DNA of 44,881 bases from a phage, in the sequence record PV730301.1; one strand, written 5' to 3'. This document shows positions 9,495 through 19,956 of this stretch, in pieces. The first letter of the stretch is position 1; each line of letters starts with the position of its first letter. The position numbers and the translations under genes are program-made. The notes below the pieces were generated by a model, which did not search any database, was not told the DNA's origin, and saw only the letters and a program-made list of their open reading frames with translations.

Positions 9495-9539
9495 TAATAT
9501 GGATATTAGGTTAACATCCAATCTACCGAGGTTCTAATA

Positions 9540-10040
9540 ATGACCGACTTATATTTCCCACGTAGCCTTAAGCCGGTGGTATCGAAAGGCTACTCAATGA
9601 CCAGACGTAACAACGTCTGGAGTGTAGATTTAGCTGGTGGCGGGGTGCGTCAGGGGCGCGACACGTATTACGACGTGTTCCCGATAAGCGTAACTCTGAT
9701 TACATCCGCAATGGGGCGACAGGCTTTTCTGTCGTTCCTCGAAAAAGTAGACGGCGGTGCGTCAAGTTTCTGGATGGCGCACGACTTCGGCATGGGTATT
9801 GAGGACTACCAGGTAACAATCACGTCCACCATCGCTGAGTCTACCGAAGATGGCATTAACTGGACAATCACTTTCACGGCAACCGCCGAGAAATCGCCGT
9901 TTCAGGACCAAGAGAACCAGTGCCTGATTAACAATCTGCCGGATTTGTATGGTTGCTATGGTGATGTGCTGGGCTGTTTACTTAAAGCCTACGGAACCGC
10001 GCAATCAACGTTTCCACGAATTTGGGACCCGATGCAATGA
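9540..10040 (+). CDS. minor tail protein (distal tail / gpM-like position)
   Basis: First gene after the tape measure; typical size. Confidence 0.45.
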   Translation: MTDLYFPRSLKPVVSKGYSMTRRNNVWSVDLAGGGVRQGRDTYYDVFPISVTLITSAMGRQAFLSFLEKVDGGASSFWMAHDFGMGIEDYQVTITSTIAESTEDGINWTITFTATAEKSPFQDQENQCLINNLPDLYGCYGDVLGCLLKAYGTAQSTFPRIWDPMQ

Positions 10041-10552
10041 GTCAGGAATCAGTAGAAGTCGCATACCGCCGTAAGCTGGCCTCAAACCCCGACGGCGAGA
10101 TAGACTACATCACGTTGCAAATCAGCCACCCGTTGCTGTCAAAGACGTACTATCTTGTTCGCGGGCTGCAGGAACTTACAGCAACACTGGAGACGGGCGA
10201 AGCAATAACATTCGAGCCAACCCCGATGGAGGCGTCGGGAGCGGCTAACAACAGTGATATGGACCAGACTACGACGTTTACTTTACCGGATATCCTCAAT
10301 CAACTGGATGATGAGATGGATAAAATCCCGATGAGCAATACTGAGTTGCCTAAGTTCGTCTTCCGCCGTTACGTCAGCACCGACCTGTCTTATCCGGCTG
10401 ACGGCCCGGTCGTGTACGAGTTGCAGGCTATCAACCAGGAGAAAGGCGAGTTCTCCGCAGATGTTGGTACACCTATGCTGAACCAACGAAGCACTGGTAT
10501 ACTGATGACACCTAAAGAGATACCGTTATTACGCGGCCTGTTGACCACATGA
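10037..10552 (+). CDS. minor tail protein (gpL-like position)
   Basis: ATGA overlap with the upstream gene; position in the tail tip cluster. Confidence 0.45.
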   Translation: MSQESVEVAYRRKLASNPDGEIDYITLQISHPLLSKTYYLVRGLQELTATLETGEAITFEPTPMEASGAANNSDMDQTTTFTLPDILNQLDDEMDKIPMSNTELPKFVFRRYVSTDLSYPADGPVVYELQAINQEKGEFSADVGTPMLNQRSTGILMTPKEIPLLRGLLTT

Positions 10553-10914
10553 ATATTAACGACTACACGGGAATACCTTACGACTTTCGCAAACGTAATT
10601 GCTGGCACCATGTGCGCATTGTCCGCGCGGATGCCGGGTTAGAAACCCCGGCGTTCGACGTTACAAGCCCAACGGCAATTAACGAAGCGTTCGACGAAGG
10701 GCATCGCGACACGAAGGGGCTTACGAAGATTGATAAGCCTGAAAACTTCTGTGCGGTGCTTATGGGGTTCCGCCGCGGCGGTCGTATCGTGTGGCACGCA
10801 GGAGTTTACTTTGACGGAATGGTGAGTCATTGTGAGCTTGCATCACGTCAGGTACGGCTTGACAGGCTGGCGGACCTCAGAGACACGTACACGGAGATTG
10901 AATTTTGGCGATAA
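10549..10914 (+). CDS. tail assembly/tip protein (gpK-like position, possible Cys-His peptidase-like)
   Basis: ATGA overlap; conserved Cys/His (NCWHH); position before the large tip protein. Confidence 0.35.
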   Translation: MNINDYTGIPYDFRKRNCWHHVRIVRADAGLETPAFDVTSPTAINEAFDEGHRDTKGLTKIDKPENFCAVLMGFRRGGRIVWHAGVYFDGMVSHCELASRQVRLDRLADLRDTYTEIEFWR

Positions 10915-13460
10915 TCCTGCACTACACGCGAAACGCTGACGGCGCTTTCGACCGTACAAAACACGTCGGGATGCCGATGGAGTTTGTCGTTAACCGTATT
11001 CCTGATGGCGTGCCGGTGCGCGTCTACCTTGGTGAGATTGGTGACGATACAGACGTAACTGACGACCTCGGCGCGCTTAAAGACGAAGACGCGGTATACC
11101 ACATTATCGAGGGTGCGGGTAGCGGGGCGCTCGGTGCCGTTAGTAAGGTGTTCGGCTTTATCCTTAAGCCAATTGCTAAGTTGTTCGGCCTTAACATGTC
11201 CGCGAACGCCAACTACACGGCAACTAACAACCAGACAACATCACCAAATAACAGCCTTACCGACCGCTCAAACAAACCACGCCCTTACGAGCGCTCCTAT
11301 GACATCTGCGGGACTGTGCAGACAATCCCTAATGACCTGATGCAGACGTATAAGGCGTTCAACTCCACTGGTGCTTTGCTGGAGTATTCGTACTATGACG
11401 CAGGGCGCGGGCATCTGCATATTGAGGCTGATGGCGTCACAGAGGGCGACACCCTGATAAGCGACATCACAGGCTCCTCTGTTGCCGTGTATGCGCCGTA
11501 TACGTCGCCGAACAACACCACATCGCCGCAACTACAAATCGGCGACGTCATTGACCAGAAACTCTATGTTACATACTCCAACGACGACGTTGACGGTATT
11601 GTGCTGAAAGCGCCAAACGATATAGGAGCTAACCCAAGCGCCGGCGGTACCGCCAAACGTATTTCGACCACCGGCTACCTGTATGACCCGTCGGGTGACT
11701 CTGCCTTTTCTGAGTTTCTTAGCGTCGGTGATGTCGCGGTGCTGAGCAACTTTGACGTTAAGGACGTCACTAACCTGAACGGCCCATTTGAGGTTTTATA
11801 TGTCGACGACTTTGAGGTTCGGTTGTACGTCGGGGATATAGGTAATTGGGGCAACCTTAATAGCGGAGAGACTTACGCACTTACAGAGCGTTCTGATACG
11901 TTTATAGGCCCAAGCAACACCTATGACGTATCCCTGACGGACTGGTATTACATGGTGCGCGGAGAGGTTGACCGGGTGCTGGCCAACGTTGCCGGGCAGA
12001 ACGGCCTCTATAAATACGACGGCGGCTATAACCGCACCAGCGTGACCGTAGAACTCCAGTACCAGATGATTGATTCCCAACGTAACCCGTTGAGCGATAT
12101 CTACACGGTACGGGCTACAATTACAGGCAACAATACCGACTACGTTGGCACGTCTATCTACGGTCAATTGCCGACCGCGTCCCGTTTCCGCGCCCGTATG
12201 CGCCGTATAACTAATTTCGATAAAGACTACGACGGAACGGTAAGTGACGAGATAACCTTCATCAACCTGTACGGTCAGTCTCTGGACACAACCCCACACT
12301 ACGGCAACCGAACTACCGTACATTGCGCCCGTAAACAGACGCCGCGTGCCGCGAGTATCGATAACCCTGAACTGCGCATGATTGCGACCGAGATGTGCTA
12401 CAAATATCTCGGTAATGGGGTATTCGATACGGTAATGACACCAAACACGCAGGCGGTGCAGTCGCTAATCAGACTGGCTCGCGACCCGGCGGTAGGTAAC
12501 TTAGAACTGACAACGGCAAACATGGATAAGTTGCTTGCCGTGCAGGAAGAGATTGAGTCCTATTTCGGGAGTGAGTTAGCTGGTCAGTTCTGCTACACGT
12601 TTGACGACTACGACACCACGATGCAGGACATCGTTCAGACCATAGCGGAAGCCGTGTTCTGTACCGCGTACCGTAAAGGCGCGGATATTATGCTGCGATT
12701 CGACCGTCCGGTTGCTGGGCCTGAGATGGTGTTCACCCACCGCAGTAAGACAACCGGTACGGAGAAATGGACTCGCACGTTCAACGATTCTACTACCTAC
12801 GATAGCCTGTCGTTCTCATACATCGACCCGGATACCAACGTACAGGAAACGATTTATATACCAGAAGAACTCGGCGCAAACACCGAGGAATACGAATCGA
12901 AGGGCGTGCGCAACTATCAGCAAGCGTACTGGCTGGCGTGGCGTCGCTACCAGCGCAACACGTTAAGTAAAGTTGTCGTAGAGTTCGAAGCTACGGAAGA
13001 GGGCGCGCTCGCTACACCGGGCGGCGTAATCAGTGTCGTTAAAGGCTCGCGTATCGCGCCGCAGGATGGCTATGTTGTTGCCGTTAATGGGCTTACACTG
13101 ACGCTGTCGCAGCCTGTTACGTTTACCCAGGGCGATGACCACTCCATCATCCTTAAGAAGCGCGACGGCTCTGTGCAAAGCATCTCTGTTATCAAAGGAA
13201 CCCACGACCGTGAGGTGATTATGCTCTCCGCGCCGGAGGAGGCAATCTACACAGGGAATAGCGCACTAAAAACTGAGTTTTCATTCGGCAACGAAGCAAG
13301 GCATAATGCTCAGAAGATAGTTGTTTCTTCAATCGACCCTGGCGACGACCGCACGGTCAAGATTATGGGCTACAACTATGACGACGGATTCTATAAATAC
13401 GACGGCGTAGCGCCATACGGCAGCGGTTTCTCCGACGGATTCGGCAATGGTTTTAATTAA
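10905..13460 (+). CDS. tail tip / central tail fiber protein (gpJ-like)
   Basis: 851 aa, directly downstream of the minor tail genes and upstream of the tailspike. Confidence 0.55.
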   Translation: MAIILHYTRNADGAFDRTKHVGMPMEFVVNRIPDGVPVRVYLGEIGDDTDVTDDLGALKDEDAVYHIIEGAGSGALGAVSKVFGFILKPIAKLFGLNMSANANYTATNNQTTSPNNSLTDRSNKPRPYERSYDICGTVQTIPNDLMQTYKAFNSTGALLEYSYYDAGRGHLHIEADGVTEGDTLISDITGSSVAVYAPYTSPNNTTSPQLQIGDVIDQKLYVTYSNDDVDGIVLKAPNDIGANPSAGGTAKRISTTGYLYDPSGDSAFSEFLSVGDVAVLSNFDVKDVTNLNGPFEVLYVDDFEVRLYVGDIGNWGNLNSGETYALTERSDTFIGPSNTYDVSLTDWYYMVRGEVDRVLANVAGQNGLYKYDGGYNRTSVTVELQYQMIDSQRNPLSDIYTVRATITGNNTDYVGTSIYGQLPTASRFRARMRRITNFDKDYDGTVSDEITFINLYGQSLDTTPHYGNRTTVHCARKQTPRAASIDNPELRMIATEMCYKYLGNGVFDTVMTPNTQAVQSLIRLARDPAVGNLELTTANMDKLLAVQEEIESYFGSELAGQFCYTFDDYDTTMQDIVQTIAEAVFCTAYRKGADIMLRFDRPVAGPEMVFTHRSKTTGTEKWTRTFNDSTTYDSLSFSYIDPDTNVQETIYIPEELGANTEEYESKGVRNYQQAYWLAWRRYQRNTLSKVVVEFEATEEGALATPGGVISVVKGSRIAPQDGYVVAVNGLTLTLSQPVTFTQGDDHSIILKKRDGSVQSISVIKGTHDREVIMLSAPEEAIYTGNSALKTEFSFGNEARHNAQKIVVSSIDPGDDRTVKIMGYNYDDGFYKYDGVAPYGSGFSDGFGNGFN

Positions 13461-13472
13461 AGAGGACTCTAT

Positions 13473-15698
13473 ATGTCAAGCGGATGCGGTGACGTTTTAA
13501 GCCTGGCGGATTTACAAACCGCCAAGAAACACCAGATTTTTGAAGCTGAGGTTATTACAGGGCGCCAGGGTGGGGTGGCTAGTGGTGATTTCATTGACTA
13601 TGCCACTAATCAGGTTACTGGTCAGACGCAGAAGACGTTACCCGCCGTGTTGCGTGACGCAGGATTTTCTCCGGTTTCGTGGGACTTTTCTACAGGCGGG
13701 ACATTAACTGTTAACGACCGTGATAAAGTGGTGTACGACCCAGTTAGCCAAACATGGTACTCGTACGCCGGTACGCTACCTGTTACAGTTCCCGTTGGTT
13801 TTAACCCGGTAGGTAATACGGACTGGAAACCGCAGACAGACCCGTATTTACGTGACGACCTTAAATCTGAACAAGGCGCAGCGCTAATAGGGTCATTCCC
13901 TTCAGTAGCGGCATTAAAAGCCTTAGCCGATTTATCCCCTTTTTCTGACGGAGACAGAGTGGTAGTCCGTAGTTTCCTGGCTGGGTATAACGTGGGTGGT
14001 GGGATTTTTCAGTGGCACCCACTTGCGACAACCGCCGATGATGGGTTCTCTGTTATCCGACCTTCGTCAGTAACTGGCGCTGGTCGATGGATTAACATTA
14101 AACGCGGCAGGTTAACCCCGGAAGAATGCGGGTGCGTACCTAATGACCCGTCTTTTGACAATGGTGTGGCACTTAACAGATGGGCGTCACAGCAGCACTG
14201 TATCGGTTCCGTAGGAACATTCTATAAAACCACGGCGTTAATACCGTCTCCGCCAGCGTACCCGCAGTATATAGCTGCTAAGGGTATGCGGCTGATGACT
14301 ACCATAGCTGACGTAAACGGGGTGGAACTTCCAAAAGACACATCCCGCAGAATAATTATCGAAGGGCTGGAATCGTTTGTTGATTATTCGCTAACAGCCA
14401 CAGACAGAAATAAGGCAAACGGTTTTTACATCGCGGGTAGCCGTGAAGTAACGTTAAAGGATATCCGTTGTGAGGGGTGGAAAAACGCTGGTGTCTGGTG
14501 GTTTGAAGTCAACAGCATGACCATAGATGGTTTTGTTGGGTGGCGAAATGATTGGGACGGCTCCTCGCTATTTGCCTCTGGCGGTGATTTGGTTGAGTGG
14601 ACTTCGCCTACCGGTGTGGCAAAATCATGCAGCATAACTAATTTCTTATGTCTTTCAGATTCTAGCCAGAGCGTCTCCATTAACACATTATCTGTTGGGC
14701 GAAATATACTAATCAGTAACGGACGCTGTTTCACGTATGACGCTACAGATTTTACACCAAAAGAACATTCTAACATAAAAGCACGCCACGGAATTACTAT
14801 AGGCTACAACTCTAACCATCCATACGGTGGGGGTATCAAAGTCAGCAATGTCATTATCAGAGATAAGGGATGGACAGGGATTTACCGTTCTGGTGGTTTA
14901 GACGGCGCCGTGAGGTATCAACCTGCTACCATTTCTAATGTCTCCATTTACGATTGCGGGTTCGGGGTAAACGAAGATAACATTGGTGCCGGTATTCTGT
15001 TTGGTGACGTAGTGGACGGAGACATGATCAACAACTGTTATGTTGAAGGGTTCGCCAACGCTAATAACGGTGCGTATAAAATTCAGGATTCTGTAGGTAC
15101 AGGGAAGCTGACAATAGCTAACTGTGTGGATAAGGGTTCCACGGGCTACGGTGTGCATATAGCGACAGAATCGGTTAACGTAATGGTTATTGGGCACAGA
15201 AGCATAGAACCTACTGGCGCTGGAATTTTTCTTGAGCCAAAAGGCGGCGCAACACTATTCCGGTTTCATACTATTGACGGATGTCGTATTGAGCGCGCGA
15301 CTGACGGTTACGGAATATTTGTGTCTAGCGGCGTAATTCGCGCAAATATTAAAAACAACGAAATCCATGGTACTTCTACGGACTCAACTTCAAACTGCGC
15401 TATTCGTGTAATCCAAAACGGGCAATCCATAAATATAAGAGGTAATCAAATTTATGGTTTTGCATACGGGTTGTGGTACAACACTTACGTAGATACCACG
15501 ACAGTATTCCCGTGGGGTAACAACCAGTTCTTCGGCTGCATTAACGCGCACCGTTTCGCAAGGACAACCGGCACCAGCGTAGCCAAGGTAGAACCAAACT
15601 ACTATGACGGGGCTACTACAAACCGGTTTTCTAACGGTGGCGTGGGTACAAGTAACGGAACGGAAGAATTCAGAGTTAATGGAGTGCCCGTAACGTAA
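13473..15698 (+). CDS. tailspike with right-handed beta-helix (polysaccharide depolymerase-like)
   Basis: 741 aa; repeated NxxG/IxG-rich C-terminal region typical of pectate-lyase folds; last gene of the tail operon. Confidence 0.7.
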   Translation: MSSGCGDVLSLADLQTAKKHQIFEAEVITGRQGGVASGDFIDYATNQVTGQTQKTLPAVLRDAGFSPVSWDFSTGGTLTVNDRDKVVYDPVSQTWYSYAGTLPVTVPVGFNPVGNTDWKPQTDPYLRDDLKSEQGAALIGSFPSVAALKALADLSPFSDGDRVVVRSFLAGYNVGGGIFQWHPLATTADDGFSVIRPSSVTGAGRWINIKRGRLTPEECGCVPNDPSFDNGVALNRWASQQHCIGSVGTFYKTTALIPSPPAYPQYIAAKGMRLMTTIADVNGVELPKDTSRRIIIEGLESFVDYSLTATDRNKANGFYIAGSREVTLKDIRCEGWKNAGVWWFEVNSMTIDGFVGWRNDWDGSSLFASGGDLVEWTSPTGVAKSCSITNFLCLSDSSQSVSINTLSVGRNILISNGRCFTYDATDFTPKEHSNIKARHGITIGYNSNHPYGGGIKVSNVIIRDKGWTGIYRSGGLDGAVRYQPATISNVSIYDCGFGVNEDNIGAGILFGDVVDGDMINNCYVEGFANANNGAYKIQDSVGTGKLTIANCVDKGSTGYGVHIATESVNVMVIGHRSIEPTGAGIFLEPKGGATLFRFHTIDGCRIERATDGYGIFVSSGVIRANIKNNEIHGTSTDSTSNCAIRVIQNGQSINIRGNQIYGFAYGLWYNTYVDTTTVFPWGNNQFFGCINAHRFARTTGTSVAKVEPNYYDGATTNRFSNGGVGTSNGTEEFRVNGVPVT

Positions 15699-15702
15699 AA
15701 CT

Positions 15703-15724
15703 AAGGCCCCGAACGGGGCCTTTT
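15703..15724. terminator. rho-independent terminator after the tailspike
   Basis: GGCCCC-GAAC-GGGGCC hairpin plus TTTT; near-identical to the terminator at 4162..4184. Confidence 0.7.
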
Positions 15725-15726
15725 CG

Positions 15727-15864
15727 CTACTCTTCTGATAGCTTCTCCAGCACAAACGCCAGTTGCGCATTAGCGGCATCTCTTTGCTGACGTAGCCGTA
15801 AAACCTCCTCTTCGAGTTCCTTGATACGTTTTTGCAATGCGGGAATCGGGGCTATGATGTTCAT
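15727..15864 (-). CDS. hypothetical small coiled-coil protein (45 aa)
   Basis: ATG overlaps the stop of the upstream Toprim gene (ATGA); heptad-like sequence; ends next to the terminator. Confidence 0.35.
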   Translation of the reverse strand: MNIIAPIPALQKRIKELEEEVLRLRQQRDAANAQLAFVLEKLSEE

Positions 15865-16376
15865 CTGGTAAATTTCCTCGCAAGATACGTTATTTCTTCT
15901 TCACAAAGTTCATCGAGGTCGTTAGATACAAATCCTCTGGTGAATGTTTTGCTTAACTTTAAGCCCGCTTTATCATTGTCACCGGCGCACACCCATTCAT
16001 ACGGCAAAAGTGACATTTGCTGCCGTAAGTCGGCTGGTATGTTCGACCCCAATGCGCTAACTGCATTAAACCCGCAATTCATCAAAGCAACAGCTTTAAA
16101 TATGCTTTCGGTGACAAATACCACCCCGCTACTTGGCAAATACTCAAGCCCCCATAAACACGGCCTTGTTGTTCGGGTAAAGTACCGCGCGTCTTTAGGG
16201 TTTTTACAGTTCTTTTCCGCATGTGGGTTGTAGTGCTGGTATCCGCGAAGCCTACCATCAAACCCCCACAGGTAAAACGTAGCTACTCCAGTGCCTAAGA
16301 CTACACGTAAACGGTCAGCGTCAAAACCTCGTGACAGCAGATGCGCCTTAAGTAGTAACTCCTTGCAATCCATCAT
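15861..16376 (-). CDS. Toprim-domain protein (primase-like)
   Basis: Conserved Glu (VTES) and DxD (AGDNDKAG) typical of Toprim; ATGA overlap with the helicase gene. Confidence 0.55.
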   Translation of the reverse strand: MMDCKELLLKAHLLSRGFDADRLRVVLGTGVATFYLWGFDGRLRGYQHYNPHAEKNCKNPKDARYFTRTTRPCLWGLEYLPSSGVVFVTESIFKAVALMNCGFNAVSALGSNIPADLRQQMSLLPYEWVCAGDNDKAGLKLSKTFTRGFVSNDLDELCEEEITYLARKFTR

Positions 16377-17797
16377 TTCTTACTCCTACGTTTCATATAA
16401 TTAAGTAGTTCGTCCTGTACAGACCTTTTCTCGTCTGTACGCGCGGCGACAACTTCATCAAGAGTATCTCGGGCTATTATTTGATAAATGAATACAGACC
16501 GTTTGTACCCAGACTGCATCTGCCTTACTGGGCCTATACGCTCGATAACCTGCAAATAATGTTCCAGGTTCCATCCCTGACTCATAAATGCCATGTGGTG
16601 TCCGCCGTGTTGTAGTGACAGCCCGTGGCCCGCGGAGGCCGGGTGTATCAGGAGCATAGGTATTTCACCGCGGTTCCACGCTTCCATCTGCTTATTACCC
16701 TTAGCACCTTTGGCAAAAGCCTGCGCCTGCGGGAATCGCTTAAGGATGCGCTCCAGTTCGTGCTTGAACTGATAGGCCACCAGTAACGGCGCGCCCTGTA
16801 ACTCCTCCACAATTGACTCCAGAGCATCCAGTTTCGTGTCGTGTACTTTCTCCCAGTCTTTCGTCGCTTCGCCGTCTGGCCCTGACACATACACGGCACC
16901 AGATGCAATCTGCAAACACTTAGATGTCTTCGCCGCCGCGTTAGCCGCTTCAACTTCTCCGCTCTCCAGTTCCGCGAATAACTTCTCCTCCATATCGATG
17001 TACGCCTGACGCGCTTTCTTCGGCAGGTCGATTTCAACCGGTACAATAATCGGCGCTTCGCAGCCAAACCACTCGGCGGCGTCAATAGTGAGACTAATGT
17101 CCTTCATCTTCTGGTGAATTTCATTATCCGCCCCCGGTCGTGCGTGGTGTTCACGAGCCATCGCCGACTTACCTTTCTGTACCGAGTTAAACCAGCGGTC
17201 GGTGAACGCCGTGTACGATGAGCCTAGGCGTTCACCTGCGTCGATAAACCAGTTCTGCCCCCACAAGTCCTTGAGGCCGTTAGGAGACGGCGTACCCGTC
17301 AGGTTTATGAAACGCTTAACCTTACCGAACGCCACTTTACTAAGCGCCTTTGCCCGCTTGCTCCCTCCTGAACGGCTGCGAAAAGATTTCAGCTTCGTGC
17401 TCTCGTCGGCAACGATAACCGTAAAAGGCCAGTCGTCTTTGCCGTAGTAGTCAATCAGCCACTCGATTACCTCATAGTTCGTACACACCACGTTAGCGTC
17501 TGACTCCAGCGCCGCGATGCGGCGCTTCTCCGAACCAGTTGCATCTACGACACGCAGACAAGGGAAGTTCCATTTCTCTTGTTCAGCAGGCCATGTGCCA
17601 GACGCAACACGCAGCGGGGCGAGGATTAACACTCGGTCGTCGTCATTAAGTTGGCCGTTGCGGAACAGTCTGTTTAATGTCCACAGTACGCTGCCAGTCT
17701 TCCCGGCGCCCATGCTTGCCCAAATATTACAGCGATTATGTCGCAACATGAACGAGGTCATGAGCTTCTGGTACTCGCGCCTTTGAAACTTACTCAT
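16373..17797 (-). CDS. ATP-dependent helicase (SNF2/DEAH-like)
   Basis: Walker A GAGKTGS and DExx box IVADEST; C-terminal helicase domain. Confidence 0.8.
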   Translation of the reverse strand: MSKFQRREYQKLMTSFMLRHNRCNIWASMGAGKTGSVLWTLNRLFRNGQLNDDDRVLILAPLRVASGTWPAEQEKWNFPCLRVVDATGSEKRRIAALESDANVVCTNYEVIEWLIDYYGKDDWPFTVIVADESTKLKSFRSRSGGSKRAKALSKVAFGKVKRFINLTGTPSPNGLKDLWGQNWFIDAGERLGSSYTAFTDRWFNSVQKGKSAMAREHHARPGADNEIHQKMKDISLTIDAAEWFGCEAPIIVPVEIDLPKKARQAYIDMEEKLFAELESGEVEAANAAAKTSKCLQIASGAVYVSGPDGEATKDWEKVHDTKLDALESIVEELQGAPLLVAYQFKHELERILKRFPQAQAFAKGAKGNKQMEAWNRGEIPMLLIHPASAGHGLSLQHGGHHMAFMSQGWNLEHYLQVIERIGPVRQMQSGYKRSVFIYQIIARDTLDEVVAARTDEKRSVQDELLNYMKRRSKK

Positions 17798-18719
17798 TTA
17801 CCGCCCCCATGAATGCCTTTATAAATTCAGCGGCTACTTGCGGGACGATGGCATTGCCATAACCGCGCAATCGTCCCACTCTGGCGGGTATCCCATTAGC
17901 CAGCGGGAATGTGCCGGGTTCAACTGGCCTGAATTTCCCATCCCGGCATCCGAGCCAGTCAGCATCTGACCAGAAGCTGTGATGCGGATTGGCCGCGATA
18001 TTTTCAGTCCCTGCTCCGTTGAGTAGCCCAGCCTGTCGAATGTTCTGTCTTTTCCGTCCTTGCGAATAACTGTCTCTCCGCTCCCTCTGTAATCGTTCGC
18101 GGTCGGCGTCGCCCATGCCGCCATCGCGGCTGCCCACCCCAGTTTGTTCGGTTTCGTCCTGCCGTCTGTGCTGCGCATGTTCACGTCGTTTGTTATCAGT
18201 GATACCGCCGGTGTGGGCCAGTCTGTGCGCTCCGAAGAACAGCCTGTCGCGTTTGTGCGGTGCGCCGACGCTACAAGCTGGGAGTACGGCAAACCCGACG
18301 GCGTAGTCTTCTCTTTCCAGGTGAGTTTGTAAATCGCACATCCACGATTTTGCAATTGCTGGCGCAACCTGTTCCCCAAAGAGGACTGGAGGGCGGCACT
18401 CGCTGATGAGGTCGAGGAACACAGGTGCGAGGTGTCTCGGGTCGAACTGTCCGAGTTGTTTTCCCGCCGCGCTAAACGGTTGGCAAGGCGGGCTTCCCGT
18501 CCAGAGAGGCGTATCTTCCGGAACTCCCGCAAGTCTGAGCGCGAGAGGCCAGCCGCCGATACCAGCGAAAAAATGACACTGAGTGAATCCGTCGAGGTCT
18601 TCTGGCTTAACTTTGGTAATACTTCTTTCATCTACAACTCCAAAAGGTATATGCCCCTGTTTTATTAATTCACGCAGCCACGCGGCTGCGCCTCTATCCC
18701 ATTCGTTGTAATAGTTCAT
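17790..18719 (-). CDS. DNA (cytosine-5)-methyltransferase
   Basis: Motif I FAGIGG and motif IV PCQPFS are diagnostic of C5 methyltransferases. Confidence 0.7.
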   Translation of the reverse strand: MNYYNEWDRGAAAWLRELIKQGHIPFGVVDERSITKVKPEDLDGFTQCHFFAGIGGWPLALRLAGVPEDTPLWTGSPPCQPFSAAGKQLGQFDPRHLAPVFLDLISECRPPVLFGEQVAPAIAKSWMCDLQTHLEREDYAVGFAVLPACSVGAPHKRDRLFFGAHRLAHTGGITDNKRREHAQHRRQDETEQTGVGSRDGGMGDADRERLQRERRDSYSQGRKRQNIRQAGLLNGAGTENIAANPHHSFWSDADWLGCRDGKFRPVEPGTFPLANGIPARVGRLRGYGNAIVPQVAAEFIKAFMGAVNE

Positions 18720-18907
18720 TTCGCCACCAGAACCAGCTCTTTACGCCCGAACGCCGTAACGTTGCCTGTTACATCTTCGATAACCAGTTTACCGTTCGAC
18801 TCGACGTACACCGTATCAACGGCAACAGGACGACGGGTCTTAACGTTGAAAATCATGTCTCCAGGTACGATGTCACGTGCTGGTTTGCGGTCATATTCGT
18901 GTTTCAT
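18716..18907 (-). CDS. hypothetical protein
   Basis: ATGA coupling to the methyltransferase gene; promoter immediately upstream. Confidence 0.5.
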   Translation of the reverse strand: MKHEYDRKPARDIVPGDMIFNVKTRRPVAVDTVYVESNGKLVIEDVTGNVTAFGRKELVLVAK

Positions 18908-19226
18908 TTCTCAATTCCTTATATTGTTGGTGTGTGTGATTACTATAATAGCCCGCTATTAGGTCGTCAACCTGTTTAAACGAACCAACGACAAAAACAT
19001 TTGCGCCTCGTTTACGCATCCTCTCGTGTTCACGTATTTGGTGCGGGTCTGGCTTCGTGTTTTCATCCTTCTTCACCTCGACGAACCAGACGATGCCGCC
19101 GGGGAGAATTATCAGCAGGTCGGGGGCGCCCACTCTATTTTCGTACGACAATTTGCGTACGAGGCCACCGATGGCCTCGAATCGCTCTTTTGCGTATTTC
19201 TGGATGCGCCCCTCAGGCGTACTCAT
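18891..19226 (-). CDS. VRR-NUC domain nuclease
   Basis: GAPDLLII...FVEVKK pattern typical of VRR-NUC. Confidence 0.65.
   Translation of the reverse strand: MSTPEGRIQKYAKERFEAIGGLVRKLSYENRVGAPDLLIILPGGIVWFVEVKKDENTKPDPHQIREHERMRKRGANVFVVGSFKQVDDLIAGYYSNHTHQQYKELRNETRI
18942..18970 (-). promoter_or_regulatory. sigma70-like promoter (TTGACG-17-TATAGT) with the conserved element, embedded in the 3' end of the VRR-NUC gene
   Basis: Hexamers and spacing read from the sequence; same architecture as 23052..23081 and 26055..26083. Confidence 0.5.
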
Positions 19227-19307
19227 CTATGCACCCCTCCCGTTTTGTATGCTCGATACCGCAGCGCGGACAGATTCGGCAGTCTTCTTCGTAGAACCAG
19301 TAAATTT

Positions 19308-19439
19308 TCATTCCAGCACCCACAGATAAATTGCAATAAACATACCTAACACGGCTACAATCATTCCGTATTGGCCCTCGTGACAGTAGACACCGGCAGC
19401 AAATCCCGCCAGTACCGCGATAATCAGTTTACTTGGCAT
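19308..19439 (-). CDS. hypothetical small membrane protein (43 aa)
   Basis: Hydrophobic; ATG adjacent to the HNH stop; the track ORF 19308..19691 overlaps the HNH gene and is probably too long. Confidence 0.3.
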   Translation of the reverse strand: MPSKLIIAVLAGFAAGVYCHEGQYGMIVAVLGMFIAIYLWVLE

Positions 19440-19440
19440 T

Positions 19441-19956
19441 CTAGCCCCCGTGATTCTCATGAAAGCCGTAGCGAACAATCGCAGATTTCCGTGCACAAGC
19501 CGCGTCAAATATATTGTCATAGTGGCCCAGGAATATAAGTCTACCGTCAACGAATATCCCTGCTTTCCATTTAGCCGCCCGTGCGTTCCAGTGCACACCA
19601 GTGAGACCTGACTTGTTATCTTTTCTGCGAGATGCGTTTCGGTTATTATCAGTACGGGATACTTTCCGAAGGTTGCATGCACGATTATCATCCAGGATAT
19701 GATTTATATGGTCTACTTCATCATCAGGCCCTAAACGGTCATTGTTATACATCTCCCATGCGATACGATTAGCCCTGTAACTAACCCCTCTGACGACGAT
19801 ACATATGTAGCCCCTCTTACTTGGACTACCGGCTTCGTCTCCGGCGTTTATACTGTGTCTCGGGGAATACTTCCATCGTATCTTCCCCGTGTCAGGTTCG
19901 TAGTAGAAATGGTCATGCCAATTAATTAAATCTCTCATAAACCACCCCATCATCAT
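19441..19956 (-). CDS. HNH homing endonuclease
   Basis: HINHILDDNRACNLR HNH motif; overlaps the DNA polymerase stop. Confidence 0.7.
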   Translation of the reverse strand: MMMGWFMRDLINWHDHFYYEPDTGKIRWKYSPRHSINAGDEAGSPSKRGYICIVVRGVSYRANRIAWEMYNNDRLGPDDEVDHINHILDDNRACNLRKVSRTDNNRNASRRKDNKSGLTGVHWNARAAKWKAGIFVDGRLIFLGHYDNIFDAACARKSAIVRYGFHENHGG

